Positions 1 to 9,626 of a DNA stretch of 64,000 nt are shown here, one piece after another. The notes beneath the pieces were generated by a model. That model did no database searches. It worked only from the letters and a program-made list of their open reading frames with translations, and was not told the origin of the DNA. Both the position numbers and the translations under genes were made by a program. The DNA is taken from NCBI GenBank assembly GCA_902626435.1, contig CACOFO010000002.1, positions 24,275 through 88,274 on the forward strand, in the 5' to 3' direction. The first letter of the stretch is position 1, and the number at the start of each line of letters is the position of its first letter. The DNA is from an uncultured Prochlorococcus sp. (GTDB lineage: Bacteria > Cyanobacteriota > Cyanobacteriia > PCC-6307 > Cyanobiaceae).

Positions 1-225
1 TTGTTAGGACCGAGCTATAAAGCTGCAGGACCACATGTCGCTTTTCATTTTGAAGATAAAAAAGAAGTGGTTAATATTCAAAATGATTTAAAAAGTTCTG
101 GTTTAAAAGTTGGACCTTTACATGAACATAGAGATGGAACAGCATCTTTTTATATGAAGGATAGTGAAGGAAACTGGCTCGAGATGCTTTATGTTCCTCC
201 TGAAGGGATTCAATCGAATGTTTGA
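1..225 (+). CDS. VOC/glyoxalase family protein, 5' end outside the window
   Basis: HVAFH and FYMKDSEGNWLEM are typical C-terminal VOC motifs; the frame is open at the window edge. Confidence 0.8.
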   Translation: MLGPSYKAAGPHVAFHFEDKKEVVNIQNDLKSSGLKVGPLHEHRDGTASFYMKDSEGNWLEMLYVPPEGIQSNV

Positions 226-237
226 TTCTTTTTTTGT

Positions 238-2649
238 ATGCAAGAGAAAAGCCATTCAAAAAAATTATATTCAGAAAACACCTTAGAAGATGAAACTTTA
301 AGTCTTTTAGAGTGGGATTCATTAAAAACTCATTTAGCCTCATTTGCCCCTACAGAAATGGGTAAAAGAGCAATTTTAAATTTTAAAATTCCTTCAGAAT
401 ACGAAGCTTCAACAACACTTTTGAATGAAACGGTTGAAATAACTGAGTTAGAAAATACTTTAGATAAATCAATTAGTTTTTCTGGTGTTTTTGACATTAG
501 TAGAAATATTGAAATTTGTTCAAAGGGAGGTGTAATATTATCTTCTGATTTATTAGAAATAGCGAAAACGATTGCTGCGGCAAGAAATTTAAAAAAAATC
601 TTGTTAGATTTTGAACAAAGGCCGTTTATTTCATCATTTACAAAAAATTTAATTGACCATCATAATATTGAAACAACTTTAAAAAATGGTATTGAATCTA
701 ATGGCATGATTTCAGATAATGCTAGTAGTAAATTATCTATTCTAAGAAAAGAATTATTATCTAAGAAACTGGAAAGAAAAATATTGGTTGACAAATTTAT
801 TCAAAAAAATTTATCTTTTTTGCAAGACACTACTATTGGAGATAGGTACGGCAGGCCAGTTTTAGCAGTAAAAGTTAATTATGTAGAAAAATTTAAAGGC
901 ATAATTCATGACTCTTCATCTTCAGGAAATACAGTATATTTTGAACCTGATAGTGTAGTAAATAAAGGGAATAAGATTGCTTCTTTAGAGGCGAGGATTA
1001 CAGCAGAAGAATTTAAATTACTTAAGAAATGGTCTCAAGTTATTAGCGATAATTCGGAAAATCTTATTCTAATGGCATCTATTTTATTGAGATTAGAAAA
1101 TGCTCTAGCCCGTTCAAGATATTCGAAATGGATTGGAGGTAAAAATCCTACTTTTGGGAAAAATCCCATTATTTCCTTAATTGGTTTTTCTCATCCTTTA
1201 TTGATTTGGGAACATAAGAAAAAAGGATCTCCTTCTCCAGTAGCAGTCGATTTTCATATAAATAGTAATATTAAGGTTGTAGCTATTACAGGGCCAAATA
1301 CTGGAGGTAAAACGGCAGCTTTAAAAGGTTTGGGTTTGTCGTTACTTATGGCTAGAGCAGGATTATTTATACCCTCAACTGATAATCCTATTATCCCTTT
1401 TTGTCCAAATGTATTTGTTGATATAGGTGATAATCAATCATTAGAAGAAAATTTATCTACCTTCAGTGGGCATATATCTCGCATAAAAGAGATTTTAGAT
1501 TCACTTGATAATAGGCAAGGATTATCAGTTGTTTTGTTAGATGAGATTGGATCTGGTACAGATCCTCTTGAAGGGAGTGCTCTCGCGATCGCTTTATTAA
1601 AAGAATTTGCAAATAAGTCTGATATCACTTTAGCAACTACACATTATGGAGATATTAAGGCATTAAAATATGATGACTCTAGATTCGAAAACGTATCAGT
1701 TGCCTTTGATGAGGATTCTTTGAAGCCAAAATATATACTCAATTGGGGCATCCCTGGGAGAAGCAATGCCTTGTCAATCTCAAAGAGAATTGGTCTCGAT
1801 GAAAGCATACTCAATGAAGCTGCAAATTATCTAAAGCCAAAAGAAGTTGATAATATAAACAGTATTATTAAAGGACTTGAGGAAGAGAGGATTAAACAAC
1901 AAAAATCTGCAGAAGCAGCTGCAGAACTTATCGCTAGGACTGAAATATTACATGATGAACTTAAGAGAAATTATGAATATCAAAAAATAAATGCTGAAAA
2001 AATCCAAGAAATTGAAAGGTCTAAATTATCAAAACATATTATATCCGCCAAAAAAGAGGTAATAGATTTGATTAAAAAATTAAGAGATAAAAATGTTAAT
2101 GGAGAGGATACTAGAATTATTGGAAAAAGATTAAAGGAAATTGAGACGGAACATTTTACTCAAAAAAAATTTGAAAAATCTATATCATGGAATCCTCAGG
2201 TTGGCGATTTTGTAAAAATTAAAAGTCTAAACAGTACAGGACAAATTGTAGATTTAGATAAAAAAGGTGGTTTTTACAAAGTTAAATGTGGTTCATTTAG
2301 GAGCACATTATCTGTTAATGACTTTGAAGGTATTAATGGAGAAAAGCCTAATTTCAAAATGTCAAAAATTGAGATAAAGACTAAACCAGAAGATTTTTCT
2401 TTTTCTAAAATTAGAACAAGTAAAAATACAATTGATGTAAGGGGGCTAAGAGTTCACGAAGCCGAAATAATTATTGAGGAGAAAATTAGAAAATTTCATG
2501 GACCTCTATGGATTGTTCACGGTATTGGAACAGGAAAGTTAAAAAAAGGACTAAGAAAATGGTTATCAGGTTTAAATTATGTTGATAAAATTGAGGATGC
2601 TGCCAACAATGAGGGTGGACTTGGTTGCAGTATTGCGTGGATTAAATAA
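238..2649 (+). CDS. mutS2: Endonuclease MutS2
   Basis: 803 aa; Walker A GPNTGGKT, LLDEIGSGTDP, TTHY, and a C-terminal Smr domain (IDVRGLRV...HGIGTG). Confidence 0.95.
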   Translation: MQEKSHSKKLYSENTLEDETLSLLEWDSLKTHLASFAPTEMGKRAILNFKIPSEYEASTTLLNETVEITELENTLDKSISFSGVFDISRNIEICSKGGVILSSDLLEIAKTIAAARNLKKILLDFEQRPFISSFTKNLIDHHNIETTLKNGIESNGMISDNASSKLSILRKELLSKKLERKILVDKFIQKNLSFLQDTTIGDRYGRPVLAVKVNYVEKFKGIIHDSSSSGNTVYFEPDSVVNKGNKIASLEARITAEEFKLLKKWSQVISDNSENLILMASILLRLENALARSRYSKWIGGKNPTFGKNPIISLIGFSHPLLIWEHKKKGSPSPVAVDFHINSNIKVVAITGPNTGGKTAALKGLGLSLLMARAGLFIPSTDNPIIPFCPNVFVDIGDNQSLEENLSTFSGHISRIKEILDSLDNRQGLSVVLLDEIGSGTDPLEGSALAIALLKEFANKSDITLATTHYGDIKALKYDDSRFENVSVAFDEDSLKPKYILNWGIPGRSNALSISKRIGLDESILNEAANYLKPKEVDNINSIIKGLEEERIKQQKSAEAAAELIARTEILHDELKRNYEYQKINAEKIQEIERSKLSKHIISAKKEVIDLIKKLRDKNVNGEDTRIIGKRLKEIETEHFTQKKFEKSISWNPQVGDFVKIKSLNSTGQIVDLDKKGGFYKVKCGSFRSTLSVNDFEGINGEKPNFKMSKIEIKTKPEDFSFSKIRTSKNTIDVRGLRVHEAEIIIEEKIRKFHGPLWIVHGIGTGKLKKGLRKWLSGLNYVDKIEDAANNEGGLGCSIAWIK

Positions 2650-2693
2650 AATTTAAACTATCTAGAAAATCATTCAATTAATAAGTTTATTAA

Positions 2694-3677
2694 GTGCAAT
2701 TTATTGATCAAGCAAACATTATTCTTAAAGCTGGAAAAGGAGGAAATGGAATAGTTTCATTTAGAAGAGAAAAATTTGTTCCTGCGGGAGGACCTTCGGG
2801 GGGAAATGGTGGCAGAGGGGGTTCAATAATATTGGTCGCAGATAATAATCTTCAAACATTATTAGATTTTAAATTTAAAAGAGAAATAATTGCTGAAGAT
2901 GGATGCAAAGGTGGTCCAAATAAGAGATCCGGTGCTTCAGGTCAGGATACAATTCTTAAAGTTCCTTGTGGCACAGAAATCAAGGATACTAATACTGGCA
3001 TTATTTTAGGAGACTTAATTAAAGATCAACAGAGCCTAACAATTGCTATTGGAGGAAGAGGTGGACATGGAAATGCTTACTATTTAAGTAATCAAAATAG
3101 GGCTCCAGAATCATTTACTGAAGGAAAAGATGGTGAAATATGGGAGATTCAATTAGAACTGAAACTCCTCGCAGAGGTAGGTATTATTGGCCTTCCAAAT
3201 GCAGGGAAAAGTACTTTAATTTCCGTTCTATCATCAGCTAATCCAAAAATTGCAAACTATCCTTTCACTACTTTAATACCCAACTTAGGTGTAGTAAGAA
3301 AAGTAGATGGGAATGGTTGTCTTTTTGCTGATATACCTGGATTAATATCAGGGGCAGCTGATGGAGTAGGTTTAGGGCATGATTTTTTAAGGCATATCCA
3401 AAGAACTAAGATACTTATACACTTAATTGATTCAATTTCAGAAAATCCCATACATGATTTTGAGATAATTGAACACGAATTAAAAAAATATGGGAAAGGT
3501 CTCTTAAATAAAGAAAGGATAATAGTGTTAAATAAAATGGAGCTTGTAGATGATAATTATTTGAAAAAAATCACAAAAAAGTTGGAAGATTATTCTAAAA
3601 AGAAAGTTTTAGTAATTTCTTCATCTTTAAAAAAAGGTTTATCCTCACTGCTTTCTGAAGTCTGGAAAAGGGTCTAA
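2694..3677 (+). CDS. obgE: GTPase ObgE/CgtA
   Basis: Gly-rich Obg N-terminus ([18 protein letters not shown]), [16 protein letters not shown]; GTG start. Confidence 0.97.
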   Translation: MQFIDQANIILKAGKGGNGIVSFRREKFVPAGGPSGGNGGRGGSIILVADNNLQTLLDFKFKREIIAEDGCKGGPNKRSGASGQDTILKVPCGTEIKDTNTGIILGDLIKDQQSLTIAIGGRGGHGNAYYLSNQNRAPESFTEGKDGEIWEIQLELKLLAEVGIIGLPNAGKSTLISVLSSANPKIANYPFTTLIPNLGVVRKVDGNGCLFADIPGLISGAADGVGLGHDFLRHIQRTKILIHLIDSISENPIHDFEIIEHELKKYGKGLLNKERIIVLNKMELVDDNYLKKITKKLEDYSKKKVLVISSSLKKGLSSLLSEVWKRV

Positions 3678-3762
3678 CTTAAATCAAAGTTTTTTTATAA
3701 ATAAATATACTTGATTTAATAATGAAAATTAGCCATAAATAAGATAATTCTTTAAACAAAAT

Positions 3763-3945
3763 ATGAATTTCTACAATTGTTTTGATAAACAAGGGAACAT
3801 AATAGCTAGATGTCAAACCATCCAAGATATTGAGGTTCTGAAGAGAATGGGAAGACCAATTGTTGAAGTTAAGGAAATGAAAAATGAAGAGTCGGTGGTA
3901 TGTTCTCTAACAGGTAGCCCATCCGATTTTAATAGAGATTACTAA
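3763..3945 (+). CDS. Small hypothetical protein (60 aa, 3 Cys)
   Basis: ATG start, fills the intergenic gap, followed by a terminator hairpin. Confidence 0.65.
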   Translation: MNFYNCFDKQGNIIARCQTIQDIEVLKRMGRPIVEVKEMKNEESVVCSLTGSPSDFNRDY

Positions 3946-3961
3946 TTAAAAATTTAAAAAT

Positions 3962-3988
3962 AAAAAGGGCTTTTGGAGCCCTTTTTTT
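3962..3988. terminator. Bidirectional intrinsic terminator
   Basis: AAAAAGGGCT-TTTGG-AGCCCTTTTTTT between two convergent genes. Confidence 0.85.
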
Positions 3989-4009
3989 GTGCTTTATTTT
4001 TTTTTAAAC

Positions 4010-4228
4010 TTAATCGTCATAAACAAGACATTCCGGTTCATCTGGGTTGGCATCACAGAATAATTCCAAAGCATTTGGATCATGTTTATCCTCTGGATGA
4101 TGATCTTTATATTCTTCGAGCTCTTTTAGTTCTTCAGTTAAATGTCTGACCTTTGGAAGATTGCCCTCTGCTTTAGCAGATTCGATTTCCGATTGATCTT
4201 TTTGGATGTGTTCGTCAATGGATTTCAT
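4010..4228 (-). CDS. cp12: CP12 Calvin cycle regulator, short marine form
   Basis: C-terminal LELFCDANPDEPECLVYDD CP12 signature; no N-terminal Cys pair. Confidence 0.9.
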   Translation of the reverse strand: MKSIDEHIQKDQSEIESAKAEGNLPKVRHLTEELKELEEYKDHHPEDKHDPNALELFCDANPDEPECLVYDD

Positions 4229-4356
4229 TTTAAGCTTTTTCGTACTTTAGTAGACATACACAACATAGTTAATTTTTAAACAAATTGCATTATCTATGAA
4301 CTAAATAAGTGTTCATTACAACATCAATTTTTTTATCAAAATTAATTCATATATTT

Positions 4357-5301
4357 TTAAGACTCTAATCTAATAATTTCCTTCAGCGATGGTAAAACTG
4401 GGATTAGTTGATTTGGGTTTAAAGGGAATAAAGCTTTGTAATAATCTTTTTTCCATTCATTGTCGTAACATGTCTTGTAAACATTAGATATTTTAAAAAA
4501 TTTTAATCTCCATTCAATAAGCTCTTTGAAATTTGATAGTTCTTTTTCAGTACATTTAAAAAGTTTGCTGTATATAAGTTCCCACCTTATAAGTGTTGGG
4601 AAAAGATAAATATCTGCGTAAGTTAACTCTTCTCCAAATATCCAGTCACCTTTATTTTTATGTAGTGAATTTTCAATTTCATTTAAAGCTGCAAATAGAT
4701 TTTTACTTGCTTTTTCATATGCGGACTGGTTTCTGGCGAATCCACATCTATATACGCCATCATTAATTTTGTAATGAATTAAATCTAAAAGCTTTTGATC
4801 ACATTCTTTAATATTTAGTGACTGACATTTCGATTCGCCTTTTATTGAATTAAGTATTTTTATTATTTGTGAACTTTCGTTGGACAAAAAATTCACCTCA
4901 TCTTCTACACAATTAATTAGGAGAGGTAATGTCGCTCTAAAAAATCTTTTTTTATTAGCTTTTTTGTAAAGTTCAGAAAGCCTTATGCATCCTTTGATTT
5001 TTGTATTGAAAACCCATTCGCCATGTTCAACATCTGCTTTTAAAAAAATAACTTTAACTTTTTTAGATAAATGTTTTATTTCGTGAACGAGCAAAGTTCT
5101 TTGGCACCATGGACACGAATTCCCTACCAATAAGTAAATTTGTCCATTTTCATTATTTAAATCGTATTTACTATCAATTGTTATTCCAGTAGGTCTTTTA
5201 TAATTACCTTGTATATCTGATGGTGCGAAACCATTCATTAGTTGGGTCCAAAACCAAAACCAGAATTTTTTTGAGGCCTTTATTAGGTATTTATTTTGCA
5301 T
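4357..5301 (-). CDS. Glutathione S-transferase, glutathionyl-hydroquinone reductase-like
   Basis: CPWC motif, NESSQI, INDGVYRCGFA, LTYADIYLFPTLIRW. Confidence 0.85.
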   Translation of the reverse strand: MQNKYLIKASKKFWFWFWTQLMNGFAPSDIQGNYKRPTGITIDSKYDLNNENGQIYLLVGNSCPWCQRTLLVHEIKHLSKKVKVIFLKADVEHGEWVFNTKIKGCIRLSELYKKANKKRFFRATLPLLINCVEDEVNFLSNESSQIIKILNSIKGESKCQSLNIKECDQKLLDLIHYKINDGVYRCGFARNQSAYEKASKNLFAALNEIENSLHKNKGDWIFGEELTYADIYLFPTLIRWELIYSKLFKCTEKELSNFKELIEWRLKFFKISNVYKTCYDNEWKKDYYKALFPLNPNQLIPVLPSLKEIIRLES

Positions 5302-5323
5302 AAAATTTTATTTTAAAGAAAAA

Positions 5324-6229
5324 ATGACTGTTCAAAGAATACTTATTGTTTCAGGGACTCATGGTAATGAGATTAATCCTATTTGGGCTGTTAAGCAATT
5401 TAATAGAGAGGAGAATAAGTTCAAAAATGGTATTGAATATGAGTACATTTTAGGCAATCCTATTGCCTATAAAAAAGGCTGTAGATATATAGATGCAGAT
5501 TTAAATAGATCCTTTAAAGAAGGTAAGAATCATGATAAAGACACGAATAGTTTTTATGAAATTAATAGAGCCAATTTTTTAGTCAATCAATTTGGAATTA
5601 ACGGATCTAACCCCTGCCAAATTGCCATTGATTTGCATACTACTACTGCAAATATGGGAACGAGTATCGTTATGTATGGGAGGAGATTCAAAGACTTTTG
5701 TCTAGCTGCATTACTGCAGAACAAGTTTGGATTGCCAATTTATTTGCATGAAAAAGATAAAGTTCAAACAGGCTTTCTTGTAGAAGCTTGGCCATGTGGT
5801 CTAGTTATTGAAATAGGAGCTGTCGCGCAAAATTTTTATAATCCAAAAATAATAGATAGATTCTTGATAATAATCAGCTCTTTAAGGGAGGAGATATATA
5901 AATTAAAAAACAACCTTATAGAACTCCCAAAGGAATTGGTTGTTCACGTTCATCAAGGGAGTGTAGATTATCCAAGAGATGAAAAAGGAGATATTGATGG
6001 CTTAATTCATCCTGAGAGAATAAACCAAGATTGGAAAAAGATTGGAAAGGGAGATCCATTATTTCTTGATAGCCAAGGGATTATTCATAAATATCATGGA
6101 GATCAATTGATGTGGCCTGTTTTTATAGGCGAAGTTGCTTACAAAGAAAAAAAAATTGCCATGAGCTATACAAAGAAAGAAGTGATTTGTTCTGAAAATC
6201 AATGGGTTCAAGAGTTTGAAAGCCTTTAA
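5324..6229 (+). CDS. Aspartoacylase (AstE/AspA family)
   Basis: GTHGNE, DLNRSF and DLHTT zinc-hydrolase motifs; PVFIGEVAY. Confidence 0.9.
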   Translation: MTVQRILIVSGTHGNEINPIWAVKQFNREENKFKNGIEYEYILGNPIAYKKGCRYIDADLNRSFKEGKNHDKDTNSFYEINRANFLVNQFGINGSNPCQIAIDLHTTTANMGTSIVMYGRRFKDFCLAALLQNKFGLPIYLHEKDKVQTGFLVEAWPCGLVIEIGAVAQNFYNPKIIDRFLIIISSLREEIYKLKNNLIELPKELVVHVHQGSVDYPRDEKGDIDGLIHPERINQDWKKIGKGDPLFLDSQGIIHKYHGDQLMWPVFIGEVAYKEKKIAMSYTKKEVICSENQWVQEFESL

Positions 6230-6347
6230 ATTAAGAAACAAGAACAATAAATTGCTGAAAGCTGATAAGGATTTTTTATTTTATAGATAAGTTTATTTAA
6301 TATTTAATGCTTTATGTTTTTTTTTATTAACTTTAACTTTATTAAAC

Positions 6348-6476
6348 CTAAATCCTTTCGCTCCAATAAATAACAGCTCCAAAACCCTCTAATTGCAGTC
6401 TTCTATACCTAGCCTCTTTTAAGGAAACTACCTCTTTCGATCTTTTTCCGTTAAGAAGCCATTCGATTATTACCAA
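6348..6476 (-). CDS. Small hypothetical protein (42 aa), absent from the ORF track
   Basis: Translated by hand: TTG start, MVIIEWLLNGKRSKEVVSLKEARYRRLQLEGFGAVIYWSERI, TAG stop; GGTGA about 6 nt upstream; GC-richer than its flanks. Confidence 0.65.
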   Translation of the reverse strand: MVIIEWLLNGKRSKEVVSLKEARYRRLQLEGFGAVIYWSERI

Positions 6477-6591
6477 GTTAAATCACCAATAACAAAGAAA
6501 ATATTAAGACATGGAGGTTCTTTTATCCTAAATTGCAAAAAATAAGTTTACTTAGGGAAAAATAATTTACACATTTTTAGCGATTTTGGTC

Positions 6592-6663
6592 TAAAATCTT
6601 TGCAGCGGATTAATTTCCGTTTTTATTTACACGTCTCAATTTAGAGACATACTTTACGAACTC
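6592..6663 (+). promoter_or_regulatory. psbA -10 box and structured 5' UTR (PhotoRC-type leader)
   Basis: TAAAAT at 6592-6597; hairpin GCGGA/TCCGT at 6605-6620; hairpin GTCTC-AATTTA-GAGAC at 6633-6648. PhotoRC RNA motifs are known upstream of marine psbA. Confidence 0.6.
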
Positions 6664-7746
6664 ATGACAACTATTCAGCAGCAGCGTTCTTCGCTGTTAA
6701 AAGGTTGGCCACAGTTTTGTGAGTGGGTAACATCAACTAACAACAGAATTTATGTTGGTTGGTTCGGCGTCTTAATGATTCCATGCCTTCTTACAGCAGC
6801 GGCTTGCTTCATCGTTGCATTCATCGCAGCACCACCAGTAGACATTGACGGAATTAGAGAGCCAGTTGCTGGTTCATTCCTATATGGAAACAACATCATC
6901 TCAGGTGCAGTTGTTCCTTCATCTAACGCTATTGGTCTACACTTCTACCCAATTTGGGAAGCGGCTACTGTAGATGAGTGGTTATACAACGGTGGTCCTT
7001 ACCAGCTTGTAATTTTCCACTTCCTAATCGGTATCTCAGCTTACATGGGAAGACAGTGGGAGCTTTCATACCGTCTAGGTATGCGTCCATGGATCTGTGT
7101 TGCATATTCTGCACCAGTTTCAGCAGCTTTCGCAGTATTCCTTGTATACCCATTCGGTCAAGGTTCATTCTCTGACGGAATGCCTTTAGGTATCTCTGGA
7201 ACATTTAACTTCATGTTCGTTTTCCAGGCAGAGCACAACATTCTTATGCACCCATTCCATATGGCTGGTGTTGCTGGTATGTTCGGAGGATCTTTATTCT
7301 CAGCTATGCACGGTTCACTTGTTACTTCATCTTTGATCAGAGAGACTACAGGTCTTGAGTCACAAAACTATGGTTACAAGTTCGGACAAGAAGAAGAGAC
7401 ATATAACATCGTTGCAGCTCATGGCTACTTCGGTCGTTTGATCTTCCAATATGCAAGTTTCAACAACAGCAGAAGTCTTCACTTCTTCCTAGCTGTATTC
7501 CCAGTTGTTTGTGTATGGTTAACTTCAATGGGTATCTGCACAATGGCATTCAACCTTAACGGTTTCAACTTCAACCAATCAGTTGTTGATGCAAACGGTA
7601 AGATTGTTCCTACATGGGGTGATGTTCTTAACAGAGCAAACCTAGGTATGGAAGTAATGCATGAGCGTAACGCTCACAACTTCCCACTTGATCTAGCAGC
7701 AGCTGAGTCTACAACAGTAGCTCTTTCAGCTCCAGCTATCGGTTAA
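6664..7746 (+). CDS. psbA: Photosystem II reaction centre protein D1
   Basis: 360 aa; [33 protein letters not shown]; Gln in RQWELSY; codon bias of a highly expressed gene. Confidence 0.99.
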   Translation: MTTIQQQRSSLLKGWPQFCEWVTSTNNRIYVGWFGVLMIPCLLTAAACFIVAFIAAPPVDIDGIREPVAGSFLYGNNIISGAVVPSSNAIGLHFYPIWEAATVDEWLYNGGPYQLVIFHFLIGISAYMGRQWELSYRLGMRPWICVAYSAPVSAAFAVFLVYPFGQGSFSDGMPLGISGTFNFMFVFQAEHNILMHPFHMAGVAGMFGGSLFSAMHGSLVTSSLIRETTGLESQNYGYKFGQEEETYNIVAAHGYFGRLIFQYASFNNSRSLHFFLAVFPVVCVWLTSMGICTMAFNLNGFNFNQSVVDANGKIVPTWGDVLNRANLGMEVMHERNAHNFPLDLAAAESTTVALSAPAIG

Positions 7747-7767
7747 GCTTAAAGTTCTTAAATTTCT

Positions 7768-7794
7768 AAGCCCCCTTATTGGGGGCTTTTTTTT
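7768..7794 (+). terminator. Intrinsic terminator of psbA
   Basis: AAGCCCCC-TTATT-GGGGGCTT followed by a T run. Confidence 0.9.
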
Positions 7795-7854
7795 GTTTAA
7801 TTTTCAATTAATTTCATATAATGTTTATATATAGATAAAACATTTGATATTTCT

Positions 7855-8952
7855 ATGAGTAGTAGTTTTGGGAAAGTTTTTCGTGTAAGTACTTTTGGAG
7901 AATCACATGGTGGCGCAGTAGGAGTTATCCTTGATGGTTGTCCCCCGAAGTTAAAAATAGATGAAATGCTTATACAAAATGAATTAGATAGGCGTAGACC
8001 TGGACAAAGTGACATTACAACACCTCGAAATGAAGAAGATAAAATTGAAATATTAAGTGGGATAAAGGAAGGGTTAACACTTGGAACTCCAATAGCGATG
8101 ATGGTAAGAAATAAGGATCAAAGACCAGGTGATTATAATAATTTGGAGCAAGTATTTAGACCATCCCATGCAGATGGTACATATCATCTGAAATATGGGA
8201 TTCAGGCTAGTTCTGGTGGTGGAAGAGCTTCTGCAAGAGAAACAATCGGTAGAGTAGCAGCTGGTGCCATAGCAAAACAACTTTTAAAAAACTTGTTTAA
8301 TACAGAAATACTATCTTGGGTAAAGCGTATACATGATATTGATTCTGATATAAATAAAGAAAAGATTTCACTTAATAAAATAGATTCAAATATTGTTAGA
8401 TGTCCTGATGAGAAAGTATCAGCAGAAATGATAGAAAGAATTAAGGAATTAAAACTCCAAGGAGACTCTTGTGGAGGTGTTATTGAATGTTTGGTGAGAA
8501 ATGTTCCTTCTGGTTTGGGTATGCCTGTTTTTGATAAATTAGAAGCTGATTTAGCCAAGGCTTTGATGTCATTGCCTGCTACGAAAGGTTTTGAAATAGG
8601 TTCAGGTTTCTCCGGAACTTATTTAAAAGGAAGCGAACATAATGATGCATTCATGCGGTCTGATGATATTAGTAAGTTAAGAACAACATCTAACAATTCA
8701 GGAGGTATTCAGGGCGGAATAAGTAATGGCGAAAATATTGAGATGAAGATAGCTTTTAAACCTACAGCAACAATTGGGAAAGAACAGAAAACAGTAAATG
8801 CTGAAGGGAAAGAAATACTGATGAAAGCTAAAGGGAGACATGACCCTTGCGTTCTGCCAAGAGCAGTTCCTATGGTTGATGCTATGGTCGCTTTAGTACT
8901 TGCTGATCATTTGCTTTTGAATCATGCTCAATGTGGCTTAATGAATAATTAG
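7855..8952 (+). CDS. aroC: Chorismate synthase
   Basis: [30 protein letters not shown]. Confidence 0.97.
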   Translation: MSSSFGKVFRVSTFGESHGGAVGVILDGCPPKLKIDEMLIQNELDRRRPGQSDITTPRNEEDKIEILSGIKEGLTLGTPIAMMVRNKDQRPGDYNNLEQVFRPSHADGTYHLKYGIQASSGGGRASARETIGRVAAGAIAKQLLKNLFNTEILSWVKRIHDIDSDINKEKISLNKIDSNIVRCPDEKVSAEMIERIKELKLQGDSCGGVIECLVRNVPSGLGMPVFDKLEADLAKALMSLPATKGFEIGSGFSGTYLKGSEHNDAFMRSDDISKLRTTSNNSGGIQGGISNGENIEMKIAFKPTATIGKEQKTVNAEGKEILMKAKGRHDPCVLPRAVPMVDAMVALVLADHLLLNHAQCGLMNN

Positions 8953-8981
8953 TATTCAAATAAATTATATTTATTATTAAT

Positions 8982-9608
8982 TTAATAATTTTTGAGCCAT
9001 TCAAATATTTTTGGATCAAATTTTTTATTTTTGATAGCTTTATCTCCAATTACAATTGCTTTGTATCCTAAAGATTTATAAGTTTTTACATCATTTATTG
9101 AAAGTCCTCCAGCAGCAATGAAATCAATATTTTTATAGTTGAGTATATTTATTGAACTATCTTTACTTTTTATTGGATAAATTTTAATAATATTGCAATT
9201 TAAATTTATAGCTTCCTCTAGATCTTTTAAATTTTTAATACCTGGAATTAATAAATAATTATTTGACTTTGCATAATTGAAAAGATCTTTATCCCAAAAT
9301 TTCATCATTGAAAAATTTAGCCCAATTTTTAAAGAATCTTCTATTGATTTCTTATTAACTAATGAGGCAGAGCCTAAATTAATTCTTGGATATTTAATTT
9401 TGATATCGGATACAAAATCTAACCAATTTTTGTTGTTAGACCAACTTATTTCAATATTCTTTAATCCTAATTTTACTAAGCTTTCTAATTCTTCAAAAAA
9501 TGAATTCCTTATAGAAGTATTTGAGTAAATATTATCTTCAGGTTTTATCAGTAAAAAAAAAGATTCTTTTTGCAGCAAATACGAAAAAGAATCTCCCTTG
9601 CTATTCAT
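8982..9608 (-). CDS. eda: KDPG/KHG aldolase family protein
   Basis: Pattern IEISW, LGSAS, IPG, IKIYP (Schiff-base Lys), AAGGL; divergent. Confidence 0.7.
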   Translation of the reverse strand: MNSKGDSFSYLLQKESFFLLIKPEDNIYSNTSIRNSFFEELESLVKLGLKNIEISWSNNKNWLDFVSDIKIKYPRINLGSASLVNKKSIEDSLKIGLNFSMMKFWDKDLFNYAKSNNYLLIPGIKNLKDLEEAINLNCNIIKIYPIKSKDSSINILNYKNIDFIAAGGLSINDVKTYKSLGYKAIVIGDKAIKNKKFDPKIFEWLKNY

Positions 9609-9626
9609 TAAAATTAAAATTTTAAA

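Noticed and set aside
6664-7746. psbA, cp12, thyX, dcd, purH and pyrE as phage auxiliary genes or a prophage
   Set aside because: They sit in ordinary host synteny with no phage structural or replication genes; higher GC in psbA and amt1 fits expression-linked codon bias
6965-8558. Short alternative-frame and antisense ORFs inside psbA and aroC (and similar ones in mutS2, leuC, murJ, the CNNM gene and others)
   Set aside because: All are nested in well-supported genes and have no independent coding signal
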